From the human T2T-CHM13v2.0 reference genome, Homo sapiens, in NCBI RefSeq assembly GCF_009914755.1, contig NC_060925.1: a stretch of DNA of 64,000 nucleotides. One strand, given 5' to 3'. A program made the translations under genes and the position numbers. Under the pieces are notes generated by a model that searched no databases, was not told the DNA's origin, and saw only the letters and a program-made list of their open reading frames with translations. Positions 41,381 through 52,508 of this stretch are shown here, piece after piece (positions within the stretch are counted from its first letter, which is position 1; each line of letters opens with the position of its first letter).

Positions 41381-43060
41381 TTGATTTCCTGAAATATATG
41401 CTCAGTTCTGCTTTTACATTTATGAAGAACCTCCATACTGTTTCCCATAATTTTTCCATGTGGCTATACTAATATACATTCCTACCAACAATGTGCAAGG
41501 ATTCCCTTTTCTCCACATCCTTGCCAACCATTGTTACCTTTGGTCGTTTTTGATAACACACCTGGTAGCCATTCTAACAGGTGTGAGGTGATAGCTCTTT
41601 GTGGTTTTGATTTGCATTTACCTGATGACTAGTGATGTTGAGTAATTTTTCATATATTCGTTGGCCACTTGTATGTTGTCTTTTGAGAAACTTCCACTCA
41701 GTTGTTAAATGGAGAAATGTCTACATTTTATTCAGGTTATTTGTTTTCTTCCTGAGTTATGTGAGTTTCTTATATAATTTGAATATTAACCTCTCATTCG
41801 ATATATAGTTTGCAAATATTTTCTCCGGTTCTGTGGGCTGTCTCTTTACTTTGTTCATTGCTTCTTTTGCTGTGCAGAAACATTTTATTTGATGTAATCC
41901 CATTTGGATATTTTTGCTTTCATTGCTGGTGTTTTTTGGGGTATATCCAAAAAAATGACTGCCCAGGTAATATCCTGAAGGTTTTCCACTGTTTTCTTCT
42001 ATTAGTTTCATAGTTTCAGGTCTTACATTTAAGTCTTTAATTTTTTTAGTTAATTTTAGTATATAGTGTGAGATATGGGTATAATTTCATTCATCTGCAT
42101 TTGGATATCTAGTTTTCCCTGTACAATTTATTGGAGACTTCTCTTTTACTTGTGTTCTTGGCATCTTTGTCAAAAATTAGTTGGCTCTAAATGTGTGAAT
42201 TTATATATAAGATTTCCATTCTGTTCCATTATCCTGTGTCTGTTTTTAGGCCAGTCCCATTCTGTTTTGGCTACTATAGCTTTGCAGTATATTTTGAGGT
42301 CAGATGATGTGATCACTCCAGCTTTGTTCTTTCTATTCAAGATTATGTTGGCTATCTGGGGTATTCTGTGATTTCATATAAATTTTATGAATATATTTTC
42401 TATTTCTGTGAAGATTGTTATGAGTCTTTGAATACGGAGTGCATTGAGTCTGTAGACACTTTAAGAATTTTAACATTTTAAGAATATTAATTATTCTGAT
42501 TCATGAATATGAGATGTATTTCCATCTATTTGTGTCTTCTGCAATTTATTCATCAATTTTTTTATAGTTGTCAGTATAGAAATCTTTCACCTCCTTCATT
42601 AAATCTATTCTTAGGTATTTCATTTTATTTTTTGTAGCTATTATAAATGGTATTGCTTTCTTAATTTCTTCTTCAAAGAGTTTGGTGTCAGTGTATAGAA
42701 ACACTACTAATTTCTGAATTTCTATTTGCTCCCTGCCACTTTATTGAAATTGTTTATTAGTTCTAAGACTTTTTGGCAGAAGTTGTGGGTTTTAAATATA
42801 TATATGAGTGTGTGTGTGTATGCACACATAACATGACCGTGTAATCCGCAACAAACATGAGCAATTTATACTCCTCATTTACAATATTTATCTTGACTAA
42901 TTCCTCTGGCTGGGACTTTCACTATCATGTTAAATAGAATTGGCAAGAGTGGGCTTCCTTGTCTTGCTGAGAAATAAATAAATAAATAAAAGTTTTCTAT
43001 TTTTTCCATATTAAGTGTAATGTTAACTGATTTTGTCGTATAGAGCTGTTATTATGGTAA

Positions 43061-43350
<290 letters not shown>

Positions 43351-43399
43351 AGGTGTTGAATTTTGTCAAATGCTTTCTGTGCATCTAAAGAAAGGATTA

Positions 43400-43819
43400 G
43401 ACCGAGCGCAGTGGCTCACACCTGTAGTCCTAACACTTTGGGAGACCGAGGTGGGGGGATTTCCTGAGCTCAGGAGTTCGAGACCAGCCTGGGCAACATG
43501 GCAAAGCCCATTCTCTACTAAAAAAAAAAAAAAAAAAAAATTTATATATATATATACACACAAAAAATGAACCAGGTGTGGTATTGCCCACCTGTGATCC
43601 AAGCTACTGGGGAGGCTGAGGCAGGAGAATCACTTGAACCCAGGAGGCCAGGGTTGTAGTGAGCCAGGATACCACTACTGCATTCCAGCTTGGGTGAAAG
43701 AGGGAGATTCTGTCAAGAAGAGAGAAAGAAAAAGAAAAAGAGAAAAGAAAAAGAAAAGGAAAAAGGAAAGGAAAGGAAAAAGGAAAAGGAGGGGTAGGAG
43801 GGGAGGGGAGAAGGAAGGA
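43400..43819 (+). mobile_element. Alu (J/old S) with (TA) in the linker and a GA-rich tail
   Basis: Perfect TSD aaagaaaggatta (43387-99 and 43820-32). Confidence 0.95.
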
Positions 43820-43936
43820 AAAGAAAGGATTATATAGTCTCTGTTTCTTTATGTTGTTAATGTGATGTATCACGTTTATTGTTTTGCATGTGTTTCACCA
43901 TCCCACTTGATCATGGTGAATGAATGATATTCGTTT

Positions 43937-43937
<1 letters not shown>

Positions 43938-43972
<35 letters not shown>

Positions 43973-44051
43973 CAGAGCTTTGCTCTTGTCATCCAGGCTG
44001 GAGTGCAATGGCGCAATCTTGGCTCACTGCAACCTCCGCCTCCCGGTTCAA
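43938..44051 (-). mobile_element. 5'-truncated AluSp/Sq 3' fragment
   Basis: Long T-run followed by 'gctcttgtcatccaggctggagtgcaatggcgcaatc...cccggttcaa'. Confidence 0.9.
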
Positions 44052-44339
44052 ATATGAATAATCTTTTTAATCTGCTGTTGAATGTAGTGTGGTAGCATTT
44101 TGTTGAAGATTATTACCTCTATGTTCAGTAAAGATTTGGACTGTAGTTTTCTTTATTTGTGTGTCTTTCTTTGGTTTTGGATAATGTCCTCATGAAATGA
44201 GTTTGGAAGCATTCTCTCCTTTTAATATTTTGTGGGAGTGTTTGAAAAGACTTAGCATTATTTCTTTTTTCAATATGTGGTAGAATTTAGCAGTGAAGTC
44301 ATCAGGTCCTGGGCTTTTCTAAGTTTAACACATTTTAAA

Positions 44340-45252
44340 GCCAAAGCACTGACTGAAGGGAAATATCAAAATACATACCTGGCATAAAATTTGTATTCAG
44401 AACAAATAAAGAAGTTTTATAGCTCAGTATCTGAGAAGAGAAAGAACCCAATAAGTAATGCACAAAATGCAGAAAAAGACACTTTACTAAAGAAGATGTA
44501 GGAATGACCAGTGAACATGTAAAAATATGTTCAATATCTTTTCTCACCAGACACATGTCACAGTGAAAAACCACTTTGAAAATAAAATGCTTTACACATA
44601 TTGGAATGGCTAAAATAACAAAAATAAAGACACAGGCCAAATGTTGGTAAGTACTGGAGCAATTGGAACTCTCATATGTCTGGAAGGAACTATTTTGGAA
44701 AACAGTTTGGCAGTGTATATACACGTACCATATGGCCTAGCTATTCCACTCCTAGGTATTTACACCAGATATATGTAAACATATGTCCACATGAAAACTT
44801 CTGACTAAATATTTTAGTGACTTTATTGAGAATAGTTAAAAACTGGGCAGAATCCAAATTCCTATCAAGAGATAAATAGATAAACTTATGGTCACATATC
44901 CATTAAAGGGAATCCAACTCGGGGGTTGGGGGTAAAATGCATATGTGCAGCAAAATTAATACATTTTGAAAATTTTTCTTTATTTTTATTTGTGTGTATG
45001 TGTGTGTGAAAGGGGAGAAACGATAAAACTACATATATATTACTCCTTTAATAGGATATTTAAAATCTGTCAAAAATTGATCCACACTAGTGGAAATAAG
45101 ATCAGTAGTGATCTTAGCTTCTATACCTCCTTAAAAGACCAGAAGAGAACTTTCTAGGTTAATAGAAATTTTATATAACTAACTTGAGCACTTGTACACA
45201 GGGTATGAATTTTTCGAAATTATTGCCTGTACACTTAGATTGTTGCATTTAA
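44340..45252 (+). mobile_element. L1ME/MC 3' fragment
   Basis: 'gagcaattggaactctcat...ttggaaaacagtttggcag...ctattccactcctaggtatttac'. Confidence 0.75.
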
Positions 45253-45704
45253 TTTCCTTTTGTTGGAGAATGAGAAACCAAGGTTCGAATAGTAGGTAAG
45301 ATTTTTGCAATCAGGATATAGTTGCTTCTGGTCCCTTTAAACTGACAGAGATAAGGAATACATATTTATATACTACCCTGTGTATATACACATGTCTATA
45401 AATACATCTATATATATATACATTCATCTGTATTTATACAAAGCAATTAGATAAATAGAACTATGATTGCTGAACAGTAAACACATTTTTAGCTTTGTAA
45501 GGAACTGCCACACAGTCTTCAAAGTAATTATAACATTTTGCCTTACCACCAGCAATGAATGCGGTTTTCTGTAGCTCTATAAAAAACCCCAAGATAATTT
45601 TGTAGGTTTATGGATATATTATGTAACTAACTCAACCACTTGCACATGAAGTATTTATTTCTCAAAATTATTATCTGTACACTCTGATGGTTGCATGTAA
45701 AAAA

Positions 45705-48056
45705 ATAAACTATTTATTTAGAATAGTTTTAGATTAACAGGAAAATTGTTAAGGTAGCCCAGAGAATTTCTATATACCCAGTTCCTGTTATTAACATCTT
45801 CTATGAATAAGGTAAATTTGTTCTAATTGATAAACCTGTAAGTATATATTAGTATCAACTAAAATTCATACTTGGTCCAAGTTTCCTTAGTTTTTACCTA
45901 CTGCCCTTTTTCTGTTGCAGGAACCTACATGGGGTGCCATATTACATTTAGTAATGAGGTTTCTTTAAGACAGTCTTGGCTATGACAGTTTCTCATAGTT
46001 TCTTTGTTTTTGGTAACCTTGGTAGTTTTGAGGAAGACTGATCAGCCATTTTGTAAATATATCTACATTTACAATATATGCCTGCTGTTTTTCATATGAT
46101 TAATCTGGAATTATATGTATTTGGTAAAAAGACTAAAGAAGTAAAATTCCATTTTAATCACATCACATCAAGTGTACACACTAGCAATGTGGCTTTACTG
46201 TTTCTGCTATCATTGAGAAACTAGCTGAGGTAGTATTTGTTAGATTACTCCACTGTAAATTTACTCCTGTAACCCCCTTGGCAGCAAACCCCTAAGTAAA
46301 TTCACATTCAAGCAAGGGGAATTATCCTCCACCTTCTTAGAGTAGCTACAAAAACTACTTGACAATTTTCTGACATGAGATTTGTCTTTTCATCTATTTA
46401 TTTATTTGTTCGATAATTTATTTATAACAACATAGACTCATGGATATTTATTTTAGATTTGGGACCATGACCCAATATCATTTTATTTATTTTGCTGCTA
46501 AAATTGTTCCAGCTTTGGCTCAGCTCCTTGGGAGTCCTTTCAGATCACACTTGTCCCTCTAACGTGCCCCCATCATATTTTTGACCCATTTCTTTTTCTC
46601 TAGAACTATAAGAGATTCCAGGCTCATCTTGTCTATTTTCTGCCTCAGTCCTATAATTAACTATTTTTTCCTAAACGTCCTAGTTCCTTTGGTTGGAGAA
46701 TGAGAAATCAAGATTTGAACACTAGGTAAGATTTTTGCTATCAGGATATAGTTGTTTCTAGTCCCTCTAAGCTGACAGAACAAAGGAATACATGCTTGTA
46801 TACTAAATTGTGTATACAAAAATATATATGAATACATGTGTGTGTAACTATCTATATTTATATGAAGCCATTAGATAAGTTAACTAGAACTGTGATTGCT
46901 GAATGGAAAATTTATGTTTAGCTTTCTAAGAATCTGCCAAGGAGATCGAGACCATCCTGGCCAACATGGTGAAACCCCATCTCTACTAAAAAAATACAAA
47001 AATTAGCAGGGCATGGTGGCACGTGTCTGTAATCCCAGCTACTCGTGAGGCTGAGGCAGGAGAATAGCTCGAACCAGGAAGTTCGAGGTTTCAGTGAGCC
47101 AAGATCACGCCGCTGCACTCCAGCCTGGCGAAAGAGTAAGACTCCATTTCAAAAAAAAAAAAAAAGGTAGTTATACCATTTTGCAGTATGACCAGTAATG
47201 AATGAGAGTTCCCTTAGCTCTGTATTCTCACCAGCAATTGATATTGCCAGTATTTTTTTTTTTTTTGGTCCTTTTAATAGGTGTGTAGTGGTATATCATT
47301 GTGGTGTTCATTTATATTCGCGTAACAACATGATGTTGAACGTCTTTCATATGCTTATTTGCCAGGTGTACATCTCCTTTGGTGAAATATCTGTTCAGAA
47401 ATTTGACTATTTTTAATTGTGTTGTTTCTTTTCTTAATGTTAGATTTTAAAGTTCTTTGTTCATTTTGGATCCAACTGTGCTTTCAGATATGTGTTTTGC
47501 AAGTATTACCTCTCATGCTAAGGCTTGTCTTTTAATTCTTTTAGCACTGCATTTTGCAGAGCAAAAGTTTGTAATTGTAATGAAATCCAACTTATCTATT
47601 ACTTATTTCACAAATCTTGTACTGCTGTTGTATACAAAAACTGAGCCACATGAGGGGATCTTTCTTGGATCTTAAATATGAGAATATGGTGAAATGCCTA
47701 GCGGTAAACCTCTTGAAAGCATGGTCATTCCCCTAACACTGCAGCTAAGAAATGTGTAACTCCAAGGTAGTTTACACTCAGCTCCTAGGAATTCATCAAA
47801 ATTACCATTTAAGTGTTTATATCAGTTTATGGCTCCCACAGCTTCTACTCCAGAAAATCAGAATTTGGCTGTGATTCTCTAGATTCACGTGTCTTGTCAG
47901 AGTCCATGGTGGCAATTTGCCGTGCAATGTGTTACCTGATGAATATAAGAAAAGCCATTGATTTCATTAAGCGTTTTGTTGTCCCAAATGAAATGTTTTG
48001 TAAGAACCCATGTGTCAGCTTCCAGGCTCTTTACATGTTGGAGCTGAAACTGAACA
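45705..48056 (-). mobile_element. L1MC/MD element: 3'UTR (45705-47640) joined to a 5'-end piece (47650-48056)
   Basis: 3' end 'aaactatttattttagaatagttttagattaacagg'. The far end 'ctctttacatgttggagctgaaactg' is the reverse complement of an L1MC/MD-type 5' terminus. Confidence 0.65.
46940..47165 (+). mobile_element. 5'-truncated AluSc-like, no TSD
   Basis: Starts 'aggagatcgagaccatcctggccaacatgg' and ends in an A15 tail. Confidence 0.93.
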
Positions 48057-48156
48057 TCAGCAGTATTTTTTCAATATAAGTTGTACCTTAGTAAATTTGA
48101 CTTAAAATGAAGAAAGAAGTAAAAATCAAATTTCACTCAGTTGTAGAATATACACC

Positions 48157-48201
48157 ATGGCAGAAATATATATAAACAATGGCAGAAATATATATAAACA
48201 A
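48157..48201. repeat. Perfect 22-bp tandem duplication
   Basis: atggcagaaatatatataaaca x2 (48157, 48179). Confidence 0.95.
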
Positions 48202-50834
48202 GCAATGCATATAAAATCATTTATGAATAGGAATTCCGCTGCCAGCGTGCCACAATATTTATCTAATATACTTGATCAATTTAGGAAATGCACCATAATA
48301 TGCATGTGTGTCATATTTAATTTTTCCCTTTTGTCAGGGGATTTCTTTTTGATTGATCATCTTTAAAAATACCTAAAAAATACCAACTGTTACATAAATA
48401 TTTAATAAATGAACAAACACTAAGTATAAATTTATTATGAACACAGTTAATCAAATTTTTAGAATTCATCTGCCAGCAGTGTCAGCATTGGTAAATAGAA
48501 GAAAACTAAGGAAAAAAAGAGAAGTTTTCTGTGTTTATAGTCATGAAAGTTGACAGCAAATCTAGCTGTGCTATTAATTCACCAAGGCAAACAATTTTCC
48601 CTTTTCAGTGAATATTTTAAGTAGTTTTGAACTTTTCACGTTTGCTTTTATTCACAAATATTCAAGAGTTTATATATGCATTAGGAGGAAAATATTTCTA
48701 AGGCAAACATTACATAGATTCTATATTCATCATGCAAAGGTGTCATAAACACATATAGCAAGCCTTGGATAATTAAAGTAAATGTAGGATTTTGGGAGAA
48801 AAAACTTAAAGGGGAAGATATAGCATAACTACTGTTTCTTGCGTTTTCATATTTAAATGGTATAAGCTGTACAGAGCTGTCTGTATTCTCACCAGCCAAG
48901 ATTCTATCAGGAATGAGCCTTTCTGGATATACTGGCTTGGCTTTGCATGGCACTAAAAATGTGTAGAGAGAGTGAATCCAAACTTCCTTTTGTCTTACAT
49001 ATTTATTTATGGGTTAGCTTAATAAGGGCTAGGGAACATTTAGTTTTCCAAAGTAATAAGAAATTTATCAATTGATCTTCAAGCCCAAGGATTATATTCA
49101 AGAGGGTTAAGGTCTGCACACTAAGTACCTTTGGAAAGATCTGGCTGCTCCAGCAATGGTTATATTAGGTTTCCCACATAGACTGTCTCGGTCCAGTTGG
49201 GCAAGCTCTGTGAGCCATGAATATACACACACACACACACAGAAAAAAAAAAGATAATTAGTCTCCAAGACCATATTGATTTGTGTCTCATCAATACGGT
49301 AACTTTAAACATTACAATAATATTTTACAAATGCAAGCCAAGACTGTTGAAGTACTTTAAGGCATCCTGTATTTCATGCATCTAAGTGAAATGTACTAGG
49401 GGATATGCTATTGGGGTAATCATTTTAATATAAAAAGATTTTAGGAAAAAAGCCAAAATGTTCATAAAGAAAAGTTTAGTTTTTAAGTTTATATTTTCTG
49501 AGAATATGAAGTCACAAAGTGTCAATATGTTTTTGTTGATTTATATATGAGAAGATGTGACAGTTACAGGTAGATAATCCAATTGTTCCACCAATATGAA
49601 CTTATTTAGACATAAAATAAACTCTTCTGATGTTTTAGAAAATGAATTAACCAAAACTGCCCTACTGGAACCAGCTTTCTTTGTACTTATTTCCATCTCT
49701 TCATTACACTACCTATTTATCCTTTTAGTAACATCTTCAGTGTGGATCAATCTAAAGTATTATCTGAGGTAATTAATTAAGTTGAAACTATTTTTATTAA
49801 TCTGTACATCCATTGGCTTCTTTTACAATAAACAGCAAGAGTGGAAAAGGGTTTTAAAATAAATATGAATAGGAGTCAGAAATCAAAATCCTAGAAACAG
49901 AGACATATGCCAGGTTAAAAGACTTGAAGCAATTTCTATGGAAAATTAAGATTTTCATGTCTCCTCCATGTGTGAGTGTCTCTCTTCATACAATGAGACT
50001 TAACAATATAGGCTCCTTTGTAACAGCTAATTATTTTGCATTGGTCCATATAGCTCTTGGACAGATTTAAACATTTAGACGTGTTAAGAGAAAAGTAGTA
50101 GACCTAGCATTATATGTAGAATCATAGAGTGGAAGCATGGTATTCTGCCTGGAAGTCATCCTCTGTGACCTGTGGATGTTCCTGGTGTGTGGGTTAAGTA
50201 AGTAGCTTGTTACTCAGCAGATCCCCAGAAAAGTCCTGCCCCTAGTGGATCTCATTCAGCATCCCAACTCTACCTTTGCTTCTACGGAAAATAAGTGGAA
50301 AAAAAAAATCATGCCTGGAAGTAATTAGTACATGATCATGGCCACCTGGCGCTGCCTACTGAGGGACACCTCAGGACTCAGCAGATACCTCAAGGACCTG
50401 CTGCAGCTGAACAAACTGCTTCACAGTGGTCTCAGGGACTATGCCTAGGTATGTACAAAGGCTGGAGTTTCCAGAAAGCAATCCCCAGGACATGGAGAAA
50501 AGTCTGAGCAAGAAGTTATTGAGGAACCTACCATGTAGTTTTGTTATAAGGGCTTATAAAGTTGAAAGAGACTCTTCTAAACCATATTGTCCACATTGAT
50601 TAATTTTTTTACAAAACCAAGCAATCATGCTAGAAAAAAATACAATTACATTTCCATTCTCACTACAGAAAGCAATTTACAAAGTTTGTGTCACATGAAG
50701 AAACAAGAATATCAGCTAAAAAATGTAGAAAACAAAATATCAAGCAGTTAATTCAAAATGGTAATCCTAAAACTTTTTTGAAGAGTCTCATGCTCTATGA
50801 ACTGAATTAGCCAGGCCCTAAAATTTTAAAAAAC

Positions 50835-51020
50835 ATTTTTACATGACTGAAAACCTTTTCTTCTTATCCCAGCCCCTGGCAACCACTATTATACTCTGCT
50901 TCTTTAAATTTCACTACTTTATATACCTCAAATAAGTGGCATCATGTGGTTGTTGCCCTTCTATGAGTGGCGTATTTCACTCAGCACGATATCCTCAATT
51001 TTGATCTATGTTGTGTATTT
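50835..51020 (-). mobile_element. L1MA/MB 3'UTR fragment
   Basis: 'cccagcccctggcaaccactattatactctgcttct...atttcactcagcacgatatcctc'. Confidence 0.75.
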
Positions 51021-51742
51021 AGTTAACTATATGGTACTAGATCCTTAAAAATTTGATAACTGAGTAGGTATGATGTGGTTCTTACCATTGTAAACAAATA
51101 TATAATCCTAATTATAATCATAATGATAATAACATTTTTCTGAATGTTGTGAGGTTTAGCTCTCAGCTTTTATTTAATTTTAAAATTTGTTGTGAATTAT
51201 TTTATTGATATAGATCAGTATTTATTTATTGAGTGAATTTGATATTATTTTTCTTATTAAATATATCTACAGATTTTATAATCTTCAGGTCTCTCCAAAT
51301 CTGGAATTAACTTTTTAAGTGAAGAATAATTTGTAATTAGATTTCTCAATTTGTTTAGCATGTTTTTATCTGTACAGTTTACTAATTACACATTGGAGAT
51401 TATTTTATAAAAACGTGGATGTGAGGTACGTTACCAAATAACTTCATGTGCAATTTATAACTAAGCTATTAACACACTTCAAAATAATGATTGAATATTT
51501 ATGTCCAGTTATTATTTTAAAGTATTTTGGTGATACCAGAGGAAGCATAGAATATTCTATGAAAATAATTTGAATCAAGAGTGAAATGGGTTTGTCAGAT
51601 GAGATCTGCAGTCAGGAGAAAAAAAAAATGACTGGGGAAAGCTGTTTACACTAATAGTTTTACCAACCAATACTAAGAATTTTCATTTTAAGACTTCAGG
51701 AGGAGAACATTGGTCAATGCTATTATTACCACACTTGGTAAT

Positions 51743-52102
51743 TGATATGGTTTGGGTGTGTCTCTACCCAAATCTCAACTCAAATTGTATCTCCCTGAAT
51801 TCCCCCATGTTGTGGGAGGGACCCAGGAGGAGGTAATTCAATCATGGGAGTCTGTCTTTCCTGTCTCGTGTTATTCTCGTGAGAGTGAATAAGTCTCATG
51901 CGATCTGATAGGTTTATCAGAGGTTTCTGCTGTTGCTTCTTCCTCATTCTTATCCTGTCAGTGCCATGTAAGAAGTGCCTTTTTCCTCCTGCCATGATTC
52001 TGAGGCCTCCCCAGCCATGTGGAACTGTATGTCCAATTAAACTTCTTTTTCTTCCCAGTCTTGTGAATGTCTTTATCAGTAGTGTAAAAACGGGCTAATA
52101 CA
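51743..52102 (+). mobile_element. THE1A solo LTR (MaLR)
   Basis: 'tgatatggtttgg...ggtttatcagaggtttctgc..gcttcttcctcatt...ctaataca'. Flanks are gtaat/gtaaa. Confidence 0.92.
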
Positions 52103-52280
52103 GTAAATATAAAGCCAATTGAAATCCACCCTCAAACGTGTATGAGAATAGTAAAGGGAAGCTATACTTCTTTCTGCATAAATTTAGAAATTAAAAAAAA
52201 AAAACCCTAAATATAGAAAGCTTTCCAAGTAAATAATCATTTAAACAAGTAAAAACTCCAGCTGGTGTAGCTAAGGAATG

Positions 52281-52508
52281 GCCTGTTTTTTAAATCCCAG
52301 CACTTTGGGAGGCCGAGATGGGTGGATTACTTGAGGTCAGGAGTTCGAGACCAGCCTGGCCAATATGGTGAAACCCTGTCTCTACTAAAAATGCAAAAAT
52401 TAGCTGGGCATGGTGGCACATGCCTGTAATCCTAGCTACTCAGGAGGCTGAGGCAGGAGAATCGCTTGAACCCAGCAGCAGAGGTGGCAGTGAGCTGAGA
52501 TTGTGCCA
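52281..52508 (+). mobile_element. AluS fragment, 3'-truncated and fused to L1
   Basis: 'aatcccagcactttgggaggccgag...gagattgtgcca' runs directly into L1 'caatcctaagcaaaaagaac'. Confidence 0.9.

Noticed and set aside
50130-50560. GC-richer patch as an exon or promoter
   Set aside because: No convincing splice-site pair or ORF, and CpG-poor. Probably an old LTR fragment that I cannot assign.
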